Below are positions 13,277 to 26,373 of a DNA stretch of 64,000 bases, piece after piece. The stretch comes from Octopus sinensis (Eukaryota), in contig NC_043006.1 in NCBI RefSeq assembly GCF_006345805.1, positions 59,272,001 to 59,336,000 of the forward strand, given 5' to 3'. Below the pieces are notes generated by a model. That model worked only from the letters and a program-made list of their open reading frames with translations, searched no databases and was not told the origin of the DNA. A program made the position numbers and the translations under genes. Numbering within the stretch: position 1 is the first letter of the stretch; each line of letters opens with the position of its first letter.

Positions 13277-15394
13277 TCATAGCCGCCTCTTACAAGCGAG
13301 TAATATATGACGCCATCTAACATGCTTTCACTAATTGTTCTAGGTGCCTATGTATTCGGAAGTAGATATAAGCATCTTCTCAGACTCACACTCGTTAAAC
13401 CAGAGAAATATTTAGGATGTGAAGGCTGGAGAGAGACAGAGAGATAGAGAGAATGAGAAAGAGAGAGAGAGAAAGAGAGAGTGAGGGAGAGAGAGAGAGT
13501 TGCACCATCATTGAGTACGCTGGAACAATGGGAAATGAATCACCTTGCTCAAGTACATACCACGCGCCCTGCCCCAGAAATCTTATGTAGAACCTTCACA
13601 TTGTAAAGATCAGAACACCAAGTGACGCGAACATCAACGAAACTCCAAACAGAAATGAAATTCAAATCTCTGCTAACATATGTAGAAAGATGTAATGTAT
13701 ACTTTATTTGTAACAGACAGTATTGACTAAAAATCAATAGATATGTTAACACACCAATTACGTAATATTTGGATTTTCTGCCAAGAACGTATCAAATATG
13801 CAAACTGGTCTGTCTGTGCACGAACGTAATCTTTACATTCATCGTGATATGCAGTGTTGGCGAAAAATCTATAGACCTCTTCTTTAATACATTATAGCAA
13901 TATCTATGTATGTGTGTATTCGTTTGTAAATATGCATACATATGCACTAAATGCGTATAAGGCATCGTATTTCATTTGTTTAATATTTACTTAAAAGTAA
14001 TTAAAACGAGGCGAAATCATTCATTTCTTCACATAAACCACGCAAATGCTATATTTTAGAGCGAAAGAAAAATGAGATACAATGACACCTATGCCTTTTA
14101 CCTGTGAATATTGAAAACGGAAGTTAATCGAAATGAATTTGGGCAATAATCAAAGTAAAGTGAGATTGGCGCAAACATATTGGAACAGTTGTATCCTGGT
14201 AGAATTAAAATTTAAAACTAGTGATTGTTCATAACCAGCAGTCATGAATGGACATTCTGTAGCGGAATTTATGGCAGCTCTCAGAATATGCCGGCATTAA
14301 ATCATATATTTAAAAGCTCTACCGGTATTTCTTTCTTTCTCCAACTATGTTTATTAACTAATTTGCTAAAACACTAAATAGCCGCACTGACTTTCGCTTT
14401 ACTTCTACTTTAGAATTTCAATTCATTGACTTAATTCTTTATAAACAGATTTTATTGCTTTCCGCAGAACCAGTTAAGACTGTATCCCACTGCAATCTTT
14501 GTTTTCTCTTTTGAAATATTTAAACCGCGTTAAAATGTTATTCTTCTTATTGCTTTTAAGGCTAATTAAACAAATAGTAGTGATAAGCTGTCGGTTTTAA
14601 GGAAGAGTGTGCAGTTAGGTGTAGAATCCAATTTTTGGCAACAATGAAATATATTTTAGTTCAAACGAAAATATTTTCTAAATAAACCGAATGAAATAAA
14701 TTAATTGATTTTTCTGTCTTTTCTTATAATGTTTCAACATATTCTGTATTTGTTAAATCGATTTAAGGCAGCAATAAAGGAAATTATTAAAATTTATTGA
14801 AATGTATAGAAGCACGTCAGTGGTTGTGTAAACTTCACTAAAAAACCATTGACAACCCAAGCAGCAGTAACAATAACAACAACAACGACTGCAGCAACAA
14901 TAATAACAACTACTACTACTACAGGAACTTTAGAAATGATACAACAACAAGAAACAACAGAAACGGTAGCAAAAATAGAAACAGTATGCTCAAGTAATTT
15001 ATAGTACAATCCTAATATTGTGATTTTATTAAACAAGCTCAAAGACATATAAGTAAAACAAAGCATCAAAACTGCTTCGCAAAATTTATTGATATTTATT
15101 TAATTGTACAATAAGAAAAGATTCCTGTTTAAATGTTTGCATGTATATATATTTACTTATTTTATTTAATTATGACTGACGCCAACATTAAAGAAACAAT
15201 TTATTGCTGTGGTGGTTATTATTTTACTATCAGTAGTAATAGTTTTGTCATCGCACCTTACTAGTGTCTCATCTAAGATGAAGCCTTAGGATTCCTGGCA
15301 ACAACTAGTGTAAATTTCTCGTGTTATCTCTTCTTTAAACTGTAATCATTGTTGTTCAGTTTTTGCTTGGGGCCCAGGTGAGTTCTGAATGACC

Positions 15395-15550
15395 AGAACT
15401 AGCACCTGTGTAGCTTGCTTTCCTACTACATGATTCCAGGTTCAGTTGCACTGCAGAGGATTGGGCAGTATCTTCTACTATAATCTTGGGCCGATCAAAG
15501 CCTTGTGAGTGGATTTGGTAGGCGGAAACTGAAATAAGTCCGTCGAGTAA
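15395..15550 (+). mobile_element. SINE family K head, diverged
   Basis: GCCTTGTGAGTGGATTTGGTAGGCGGAAACTGAAA matches family K. Confidence 0.75.
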
Positions 15551-15571
15551 ATATATATATATATATATATA

Positions 15572-16415
15572 CATGGTGTGATGGGTAAATTGCCATTTTA
15601 TATTTTAATTTCATGCATGTGCATTGTTTGTTTTTGATTTTGTCAACTACACAATATAGTCGGGTCAGTTGGGCACCGTCTGTGAGAAAAACAGCACCAT
15701 GACGCAATTCAGAAGTTTGGAAACGACATGCTGTACTGCTTGGCATTCGCGCCGAACATTTCAGAGTGTTTGCCTGTCAATCTCAGGAGAGTGCAATCTG
15801 AGGACATGTACCGAAAGTGATAAACATCAATCATCCAGTCAACATCCTGATATTTGGAGGGATCACCAGTGGTGGCGACGTTTTGCCTCCATTCATATTC
15901 CCACACGACCTCATACTCAACACGGAGGCCTACATCAAGTGCCTGGAGGAGGTAGTGTTGCTCTGGGTCCAGAGGTAGCCACTGGAAGACCTTATGTCTG
16001 GCAACAGGATTCTGCACCATGCCACACAAGCAGGAGAACGCAGTCATGGCTATCAGATTACTTCTGCGACCACACCACTACTAACAACTGGCCGCTTAAC
16101 TCGCCAGACTGCAGCCCCTTTGATTAATTTGTGTGTAGCACAGTCGAGCAAGAGACCAACAAAGCTCATTTTAACACCAAAGATGACCAGAAGGCAAGGA
16201 TTATGACAGCATTTTCCAACTTTAACAAGGAGATAGTCCCCAAAAAGTTGCAGGAGATTCAGAAGTCGTCTGGAAGCCATGGTTGAAACCAATGGCGATT
16301 TTAGTGAATAAATTTACTCTTTCGTATTTCAAGATATTTTTATGAAATTTTGGTAAATATATCTGTGAAATATCATTTTTGCGTAATTTAGATGATAATT
16401 TATTCACCGCACCTG
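15572..16415 (+). mobile_element. Internally deleted maT-like mariner with both imperfect TIRs in TA context
   Basis: Left CATGGTGTGATGGGTAAATT versus reverse-complemented right CAGGTGCGGTGAATAAATT; relic YVWQQDSAPCH...WPLNSPDCSPFD. Confidence 0.85.
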
Positions 16416-16429
16416 TATACACACACATA

Positions 16430-16609
16430 CATACATATATATATACATATATACGACGGACGTCTTTCAGTTTCCGTCTACCAAATCCACTCACAAGGCT
16501 TTGGTCGGCTCGAGACTATAGAAGACACTTGTCCAAGGTTCCACACAGTGGAACTGAACCCAGAACCATGTGGTCGGTAAGCAAGCTACTTGCCACACAG
16601 CCACTCCTG
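16430..16609 (-). mobile_element. SINE family K head
   Basis: Ends ACAGCCACTCCTG like other family K copies. Confidence 0.85.
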
Positions 16610-17739
16610 CGCAAATATATATATATATACACACATACGTGTTTGTGTTTGTTCCTGGATTTGTCCCTTACTACTACTTGACAACCGGTGTTTACAACCT
16701 CATAACAGCATTTCGGCAAAAAATATCGATAGAACAAGTACCAAGCTTTAAAAAAGTACTGGGCTCGATTCATTTGACTAAAAATTCTGCAAGGTGGTGT
16801 CCCAGCATGGCCACAGTCTAATGAGTGAAACATGTAAAATATTCAGTCTCTTCCCACGTAGATTTTCAAATACGTCCTTCCTGTGTCAAGGTGCAATTCT
16901 GAAATGTTATTTAAGGGTTGTTTGGCTGCTATCATCAGAAACATGTAGTGTATGCCAGAGATTTTTTCATGTTAGAATACAATGGAAGTTTTGAAAATGA
17001 AATATATGAACAATCTGACAATAGCTATTCCTACCATTATATATTACAGTATCTGTTCTTGGGAGATTACACATCTGATGCTTCTAAAGCATTCTTGATT
17101 TCCTGTGAAGAATGCACGCGGGAATGATTTTCCTTTATCTGCTTCACATGCAACAAACAAATCACTTCTCTAATTCAACGTAACATAGTTTAAACTGTGC
17201 GGTAGCGCAGTTACTACATTCTTCATTCTTATACTCTTTTATTATTTAACCGTTTCCAGTATTTCAGCTGATGCCATGCTGGGGTACAATCTTTTAAGGA
17301 TTTGGTCGATTATTACTATATTCAGTACATATTTTATCGATATCTATTTATCCCATGGCAAAGTTCACGTCTTCGTAAATTCACATAAGTAGCGCAGGAT
17401 AAATACCAAGAGTAATTTTGTTCGGTACACCGATTTATCGGCGATCCCTTGCCAATATACAAGAACACACACACAGACGCATATGCATAATACATAGATA
17501 TATGCATGCAAATATACATGCATACGTACATATATGCTTGCAAAAATACATATATACAATTAGTTTCCTCATAGTACTCTCCTACCAAATTACCTTAAAA
17601 AACACAGAGCAAACCAACACCTTGGTCGAAGACACTTGAGACATATGTCCAAAGTACCACATAGAGGGATCGATCCTGAGAGGGATCGATTCGGGATGCA
17701 CACAGCTATTATATTATATACTGGTACTGGGCGATATAT

Positions 17740-17790
<51 letters not shown>

Positions 17791-17795
17791 TATAT

Positions 17796-17828
<33 letters not shown>

Positions 17829-17874
17829 TATATATATATATAGATATATATATATATATATAGATATATATATA

Positions 17875-18072
17875 GGGAGAGTTTACGAAAAAAACAAAAG
17901 ACGAAGACAGGTGGTGTACAAAACAAACAGATGTATTAGTATAACGCTCAGGAATAGAAAAAGTCTTTTACGTTTCGAGCCTACGCTCTTCTACAGAAAG
18001 GTACACAGAAAAAACAAGGAGAGAAACAAGGAGACAGAAAAATGTGTGTAGTGGCTAATGATCTATCATGGC
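17875..18072 (-). mobile_element. Short (TA)n-anchored element with degenerate hammerhead motif (family P)
   Basis: Minus CTTT-CTGTAGA-A-GAGC-GTAG-GCTC-GAAA-CG-TA-AAAG; homologs at 41498-41680, 48430-48600, 53845-54037, 58873-58955. Confidence 0.75.
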
Positions 18073-18699
18073 GTCTGGGCGATCGAGCATTCTGTTTTTG
18101 GTGATTGTCAGGGGGGCTCTCCAGTGACGTATTATTGTCCTTAAACGCAGTGACTAGGAGTTCGCATCAAATGTAACAAAGATATGAGTTGGGTAGCTAA
18201 ATCGTTTGAAGATCGGACAAGGCATTCTATACTCTTTCACGTCCTGAGTTCTGAGATCGATAAAATAAAATAAAAACTAGTCAAATACTCGGTTTAATTT
18301 AATCGACTGTATTCTCCCGGAAAATATGCGGAAATGATAAGCATCAATAATACGAATCAATATTTACGTTTGAAATAGTGGTAGATTGGCAGAATTAGTA
18401 GTATAATGGATAAAATGTCTTGCAGTATTTAGCTGCTTTGCTTTTCAGTTTGCGTTCAAATCCAACCAGTTCAATTTTGGTCGTTGTAATTGTTGTTGGC
18501 ACTATACGACAGCGCTAACGGAGCAGACCTACTACACATGTGTAGTAGATCGGCCGATCCAAAGAAATCTATAGCTCATTGTTACTTATTCCACCATACT
18601 CCAGCTATAGAGCGAGTAATTTTGTCAATCATAACATGTATCTACGTTATTAGAAAACTGGATAAAATACCTTGCATTGTTTATTTTGGTTCTAAGCTA

Positions 18700-19150
18700 C
18701 GAGATGGCAGAATCGTTAGCATGCCGGGCAAAATGCTTAGCGGCATTTCGTTTGTCTTTATTTTCTGAGTTCAAATTCCGCCGAGGTCGACTTTGCCTAT
18801 CATCCTTTAGGGGGTCGATAAATTGAATACCAGTTGAGTACTGGAGTCGATGTAATCGACTTAAACCCTCCCCCAAACATTCAGGCCTTGCACCTTTGGT
18901 AGAAAGGATAATTTATTTGGCTTAGGTGGCGAGCTGGCAGAATCGTTAGCACGCCGGGCGAAATGCTTAGCAGTATTTCGTCTGCCGCTACGTTCTGAGT
19001 TCAAATTCAACCGAGGTCGACTTTGCCTTTTATCCTTTCGGGGGTTGATTAAATAAGTACCAGTTACGCACTGGGGTCGATATAATCGACTTAATCCGTT
19101 GTCTGTCCTTGTTTGTCCTCTCTGTGTTTAGCCCCTTGTGGGTAGTAAAG
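18700..19150 (+). mobile_element. Two tandem SINE family X copies with alternative tails
   Basis: First ends GGCCTTGCACCTTTGGTAGAAAG, second ends TTAGCCCCTTGTGGGTAGTAAAG. Confidence 0.85.
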
Positions 19151-22100
19151 AAAGAAGAAAAACGTATTTCCTCAGTCTTTACGATCTGGGTTCAAATTCT
19201 GCCGAGGTCGGCTTTGAGTAAAATATGTCAGAAAGAAAGATGAATTGAAAATATTTGAGTAAGTCATTCAGTCTATCGGCACTGAACATGTTTATCTCAA
19301 TTAAAATATCATTGAACCATTTGAGTTATTTTTAGGAAACATATTAACATCGCTTAATTCAAAAAGATAATAAACAGATATAGACATTATTGTAGGAGCA
19401 GTATGACCGAATGGGTAAGGAATTCGCTTCGCGACTCCGAGTTCCAAGGATCGATTTATTGTGCGGCAACTAGAGCAAATGTCATTTTGCATAATATTGA
19501 GTCAATTCATATCATGTGATAGAAAATGGGTTGCAGGAAACTGTATAGGAGATGGTCGGAAAGATTACACTTTGGTTCAAATGTACAGCCTTGTCATGCA
19601 CTGTGTCATGCTAATTCTACTTGAGAATTACGTTAAAGGGTACACGGGTCTGTGGAATACGCAACCACTTATACGCAAAATTTAAAGAATCTTCATCATT
19701 GAACCTGACGGAAATAGACCAATTGATTTGGGGAAGAATGATATCATCGATTGTATCGACTTCAGTAGTTATTCTATTGACTCTGAATAGATGAAAGATA
19801 AAGTTTGCTTTAGCAGGATTTGAAAGCAGAATGTAAAAAGCCGTAAACAAACAGTGCATGACATTTTGCCCACCGCACCAATTTCGCCGATCCCTCTTAG
19901 GTCCCTTTGTTCTTATAATTGAGTCACATAACAAAGAATAGAAATTTAACATTGTTAAAACGCCTGCAACGTATCTTTTTATAAGGAAAAAGGTGAAGTT
20001 AGAAAATAATAGAATAACCCACATTTGTACTTGCAACAAAACTAGTTATATTGTCTTAAGTTTACTTTTTATATTTTCATACATAGGAAATGAAAATTTT
20101 CAAAGATTCATTTGTTATCAACAACTTGTGATTCTTTTATTTCTTCACAAAGGAAATCTGACTCACACATCGATGCATTGACGTCATCAGGTTATTAACT
20201 TCCTTTCTCCTTCTTAATTACTTTTTTAGTGCATAATTACATCTCCCAATATTAAGGACGTTGGAGGTGCGGCGATGAGGAAAAGGAAAGATGACGGTGG
20301 TGGTAATGTTTGTGGTGACGCTTATGATCTTAATGATGTTAATAGTTGCGATAGGGGTTGCGTTGAAAGAATTCTTGGAAGACATAGACAACAAAGGAGA
20401 ACTTATTGCTCGTGATGAAGTAAAGGAAGTGCTGCATATGGAAAGAAAGATTTGTTGTGAGAGAATTCAATCTCATTATATTAGAAAAAAAAATCTCCGT
20501 TGTATAAAAATATTAATAAAATATAGATTTTCATTTTTGGTTTACTCCACTTCACTCATGCCAATAATACACTTGAATAAAATCATGAACCTCGCGATAT
20601 AAGTTTTTGTCTTTTGTACCATGTCACTCCATATCTAAAGTGGTGTGCAAATAGCTGACGAACATAGTTTCGATGCTCCCTTGAAAACTAAATGCTTTAT
20701 TTACGTCGCTAATACATTTGGAAAGGCATGAATGTCATTGCATTAAATTTCTCATAAAAAAAGAAAGATGATTTGTAGTATGTGAGCGACCGCTGTTGAG
20801 ACGGTAGTAAACTTCTGCCCAAACGAATCACATATTCACCATTATAGCAGAGGAATCGAACCTGAAACCATATTTATTTTGAAGTGAAGTTTTTAATCAC
20901 ACAACCTCGACTTTACCTTAGCCTGCTATTTAACATCGTGAAAGTTCGTACAAATGTTTATAATTTTTCTTTTTCATTAATTAGATGAATGACAAATATC
21001 CGCCTGCACTAGATGCTACTCTATTGAAAGCAAGTTTCCATGATGTTTTATCAGTTGGTAACCAGCAAATAAATAAATAAATACAAGTATGGAGAATACA
21101 ACTTCCGCACAAAGAAGCAAACGCACGCCTGAAATAGATTTGAACCTGCGATTTATGTGCTAGTACTCCAATGCCTTAACCAATCAACCACTTTGTTTCT
21201 GCATTGTTTCCAACTAAAACATGAATATCGTCTGTAAAATAGGGCGGTGAGTTGTCCAATTTGGCGGCAATTTAAGTAAATGTCTTACAGCAATTAGTTT
21301 CGTCCCATTGCGTGCTGAATTCAAATCTTGCCAGGGTCGATATATATAATACATAATATTAGTGAGACTGATTTAATCGACTATACGTTTTTGCTGCAAA
21401 ATTTGGCTTTGTTCCTACTAAACAGAAATCAATATCGTTCGGGAAATATTTGCATCATATATTATACAAGCGATTAGCTCTCAGTGATAGGTTTAAAGAA
21501 AAAAAAAGGTTACTTGGTACCAATTATATCTACATAGAGGTGACACGAAGTCTCTCCTTCGATTGAATTAACTCATATCTTTTGTTTCCAAACGTAGCTA
21601 AATATTAATTACGTTACTTAGTAACGATAAAATATATGAGATCACTTGAAAGAAATACATCCCAATTACAAAATATACGTCGCCAAGTGCTCGTTTCTTT
21701 AATATTGGTTTCAAATTTCAAATAATAATACTTTAAAAAGAGAAGAATATGCTTTCCATTGAAGTAAATATTTTTTTTTTTGGGGGGGATAAACAATAAA
21801 ACTCTTCACCTTTGGAGATGAGTGAGATAAATTGTAATGTTAATACTTTCTCAGGATAATTAGTGACAGAGTATATCAAAGTAGATACAGCTCTACTGAT
21901 TTCGCTACCATGAAACATGTATCCTAGTGTTTTCTGTTTCCGCATTTAAATATGATTTCCCAGATTAGAGGAGAAAATCTACATTCAATTGTAACATATT
22001 TGCCTCTCCAGAATTATGTATATTTAAGTTTCGAATATATACAAGAAAAGGATAGTCTTCTCAACTTCATAATTTTTCCTGCTCCATATATTTGTTTTTA

Positions 22101-22572
22101 TTATCAATGTTTGTAGCGGAGGAGGAATCAATGTTGTGTCAATCATACCTTCCTCTAGGGCATTATCTTTATTTTCTCTTTGCATTGAAGACACACAAAT
22201 CTGATGGTTCATGTCTCACTGGAAGACTTTTATTCCTCATTGCAAATGATGATCAATATTCAAAGATTTTGTGTTATAAATCACTTAGAGAAGGAGGATG
22301 TAATATTTATAACTATTGCAGCCACTTCTGATCGATCCGGATATTTAGATCTGCAGATGGGAATATAGAAGGAAAGCATAATCTAAAGCAGATTTAAAGA
22401 ATATAGCGGTTTGGAGAGAAATAATATGGCGGTTTGTAGAGAAAAGGAATGAAAATAATACAATATGGGTGATATAGGGAGGTGAGGCACACTAACAGTA
22501 ACGATAGAAGAGGTGTGAAAATCAAGTGAACCGAGAAAGAAAAGATATGCAGATAATTATATCAGACGGGAT

Positions 22573-23016
22573 ACAGTTCTATATTTAAGAGATGGAGAAT
22601 TATGTACATTATTCACATTATTTATATTTGACGGATATTTGTCCTCATCTTGTTTGATGTTAACACAACGTTTCGGCTGATATACCCTCCAGCCTTCATC
22701 AGGTGTCTTGGGGAAATTTCTAACCTGGGTTCTCATTCCTAAGGTATTTTTCAATGTTGTTGTTATTATTATTAAGGTCACTGCCTGGAATCGAACTCAG
22801 AATCTTGGGGTTAGTAGCCCTTGAGCATGTGGCGTAGTGACCTTAATAATAATAATAACATCGAAAAATACCTTAGGAATGAGAACCCAGGTTAGAAATT
22901 TTCCCCAAGACACCCGATGAAGTTTGGGGGGGGGGGAGTATATCAGCCGAAACGTTGTGTTAACAACAAAAAAGATGAGGACAAATATCCGTCAAATATA
23001 AATAATGTAAATAATG
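22573..23016. mobile_element. Foldback insertion of a tRNA-headed, hammerhead-tailed SINE-like element with 15-bp TSD
   Basis: Arms 22605-22782 and 22836-23018; TSD TATATCAGACGGGAT at 22558-22572 and 23017-23031; minus-strand B-box GAGTTCGATTCC at 22787-22798. Confidence 0.88.
22662..22707 (-). ncRNA. Minimal type I hammerhead ribozyme
   Basis: GACAC-CUGAUGA-A-GGCUG(10 nt)CAGCC-GAAA-CG-UU-GUGUU; helices I and II pair, ACGU palindromic helix III; manual fold. Confidence 0.75.
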
Positions 23017-23442
23017 TATATCAGACGGGATGATATCGAGAAGGAAAAAAGGAGAGAGAGAGTGGAGAAAGAGGAAACAGTTGGTTTGTTTGTCATTTGT
23101 TATAGAGTATTGGTGAATACTTTGCTGATCAGTCGCAGTCAGATGGGAATTCTTTCAGAATTAATATAAAATGTTTCTCTGTGTTAAGTAGCAATAATGT
23201 CTAAGATATGTGAGCGGTAAATGAATGTGAGTCCAAATAAAATTTTGTAGAGTGGGTTAGTAATAAATAGAAGATGAATTGAGGACGGGAAATAACCCCC
23301 CCCCCCCAAAAAAAAAACTGTTCAGAGTTGGTGTGTGTGGTTGTAATATCCGATTATCAGTATTTTTTTAGTCAGCTGAAAGGGTTGCATGATAGAAAGA
23401 AGGATTCTACATAAGCACAGACATCACTCCAACTTACTCTTT

Positions 23443-23868
23443 ACTCTTTTACTCTTTTACTTGTTTCAGTAATTTGACTGCGGCCATGCTGGAGCACCGC
23501 CATAAGTCGAGCAAATCGACGCTAGGACTTATTCTTTGGAAGCCCTAGTACTCATTGTATCGGTCTCTTTAGCCGAACCGCTAAGTTACGGTAACGTAAA
23601 CACACCACCATCGGTTGTCAAGCGATGTTGGGGGGGGGAACAAACACAGACACACAAACATATACACACGTATACATATATATATATATACATATATATA
23701 TATACATACATATATACGACGGGCTTCTTTCAGTTTCCGTCTACCAAATCCACTCACAAGGCTTTGGTCGGCCCGAGGCTATAGTAGAAGACACTTGCCC
23801 AAGGTGCCACACGATGGGAATGAGCCCGGAACCATGTGGTTGGTAAGCAGGCTACTTACTACACAGCC
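23443..23868 (-). mobile_element. SINE family K copy
   Basis: Homologous to 196-660. Confidence 0.9.
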
Positions 23869-25920
23869 AGAGTAAATTTGGATAAGTTTTACTCATGGCA
23901 GCATAAAACAGGTTAAAGAGAGAATATGAGATTGATTGCTCAAATGCTATTAAAAGGGTTATGTTATATCCTCGGTCAAGGCTTTTAATCGTAATGACCC
24001 AGTCCATGTGATAATAAATTCGCACGAGTAACAGCGGGAAGGCTACATAATTGACGAGTCTTTTATTTGCTTGAGTTGCTATGTTCAGCTTCTTTTATGA
24101 GCTTGAACCTGTCATAAGAATACTTCACACAATGGATCCTTTGTATGTGATTCTATTCACATCACACCAGAGTGAGCAGTATGAGTTGTCTTTTGAATTA
24201 TCAATCTTATTAACTAAGCTCGCTTCTAATCTCATGAAACAACTGGAAAATAATTCGAGGTTTAAAATGTGTTCAAAGCGACTGAAAGTTTTGAAGAGAT
24301 AATAAGCGGAATACTGCTAACGTTGCTATAGAAAATGGCAATAATCGAATTTCGCTTCCTGGCTCACATCGATTCTTGCCCATTTTCAAATTAAACAGTC
24401 GAACAGCTCCAGCAATTAAGAAATCTATAAGTTTATCTTTTCTAAACAGCCGGCACCCAACATTAAGACTTATTAATAGGTTCAGTGCATTTGAAGAATT
24501 TCCCAGTTCACAATTCCTTACTATCAATATTTCAATTTAGTAAATTAACCATTGCCATTATTCAGTAAGACATTTCTCCAGTGCTTCAAATTCTAATTAA
24601 TTTCATAATATTTATTTAATAATTTTTGTATGTTTTTAAATGCTGTTCACAATAATTATGCTTTGTTTATCAGGAATCTAATGTCGGCTCCTAGTTTTTC
24701 AATGGGTTAAGAGATATTTCTACATCACCATGTGAGAGGGTTAAATCACTGTACATATCAAAAGAAATTGTTTTTTTACAATTGACAAGAATTCAATTCT
24801 ACAATGTAAGTTAAAACCGATTTAATTAACTTCGGTTTTCTATGCTTATGCGATTGCTAAATGCAGTTGAGCATGTCTGTGCTCACTTTGCTTTCGGGTT
24901 CAGTCCACTGCACAGTACTTTGAGCAAATGCCTTCCACTGTAGGCTCCGGGGCTAATGGTGTATGAGTGAATTTTGTTGACAGAAACTGTGCGGAAACCC
25001 ATCGTATGTGAGTTTGTGTGTCTCTCTTGTATTTGTTCCCCCCTCCCCCACCCCTCGACAAGTTTTGTTAATTTGTTTAAGTACCCGTAATGTAGCGATT
25101 CGGCAAAAGGTAACGATAGAATAAGTACGATACTTAAAAAGCAAAAAAGATGTAGTGGAGTTGATTTATTCGACTAAAACCCTTCAAGAAGGTACCCCAG
25201 TATGAGTGTTGTCCCATGGCAAAAACAAGTAAAAGAAAATAAATGGAGATAATTAAAAGTTTCTTTCATTCACATTTCGTGCTAAAATACCATCGCAATA
25301 AATATGTGATTCATCTCTTCGCTGGTCGATAAAATAATCGACTGTAAAATGTGAAAAAACGGCAACACTAGAATGTCAGTTGAAACCACATTAATTAAAC
25401 ACAGTTCTCTACAGATTAATGAATTAGCAAATTCAGTAGAGAATTTCATAAAAAATATATAGCTTCGTTCATTTGTATTCTCTTTACTTATCCTACTGTG
25501 GCATCTATATCATTGATCTCCCCACGAGTTGACGACTATAGAATTGACGAGTAAAAACAAAATGAGTTTTTAAACGATTGGTTGCGGTACGGATGTTTCT
25601 GCATTGTTTCCAGCTAAAACATGAATATTGTCTGTAAAATAGAGCGGCGAGTTGTCCAATTTGGCGGCAATTTAAGTAATTTGTTTATAGTTTTTAGACC
25701 CCATAGTCTGGGGAAATGAATGGGAATTTGACGATCGGCTTCGAACATTGGTAGAATGGTCAAATGTAAGCAAAGTGTGGCCAGTTAACAAAGGGGACAC
25801 TATAGTGTGCTTTTTAACCAGCTAAATATAGCAACGACAAATTCCTAAAATCAAAACCCGGTCTCGAATATAACGGATAGCGTAATCTAGGATATATTAT
25901 GCCTGAGTAAGATATATTAT

Positions 25921-26373
25921 TATTAACAATGGACGGATAGATGTCATTACTTTGTTGTTATCATAAGGTTTCAGCTAATGTTCTCTCCAGCCTTCATCGG
26001 GTGTTCTGGTAGAATTTCGAGCCCAACCCATTCGAAATTGTTCTCAAATTGTTCCCAACTGTTCTCATTCCTAAGGTCTGTTGCTGATGTTATTTCTCTG
26101 GTGATATTATTTTTCATGTCCCTGCCTGGAATTGAACTTAGAATCCGAAATAATATCAACAGAAAAATAACATCAGCAACGAGCCTTAGGAATGAAAACA
26201 GTTTACCCCATTAGTCAAATAAAGGGTTGGGTACGAAATTCCACCAGAACACCTGATGAAGGCTGGAGAGTACATCAGCCGAAACGTTGTGTTAACAAAC
26301 AAGATGAGGACACCTATCCGTCCATTGTAAATAATGTACATAATTCCTCATCCCCAAAACATAGAATAGTATG
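25921..26373. mobile_element. Second foldback insertion of a related hammerhead SINE-like element
   Basis: Diverged inverted arms about 25921-26115 and 26145-26340; candidate TSD AAGATATATTAT at 25909-25920 and 26374-26385. Confidence 0.75.
26248..26293 (+). ncRNA. Minimal type I hammerhead ribozyme
   Basis: AACAC-CUGAUGA-A-GGCUG(10 nt)CAGCC-GAAA-CG-UU-GUGUU; perfect 5-bp helix I. Confidence 0.78.

Noticed and set aside
24273-24527. Protein-like minus-strand ORF; similar cases at 27283-27453 and 55619-55990
   Set aside because: No recognisable motif or convincing splice-site pair; length within chance range
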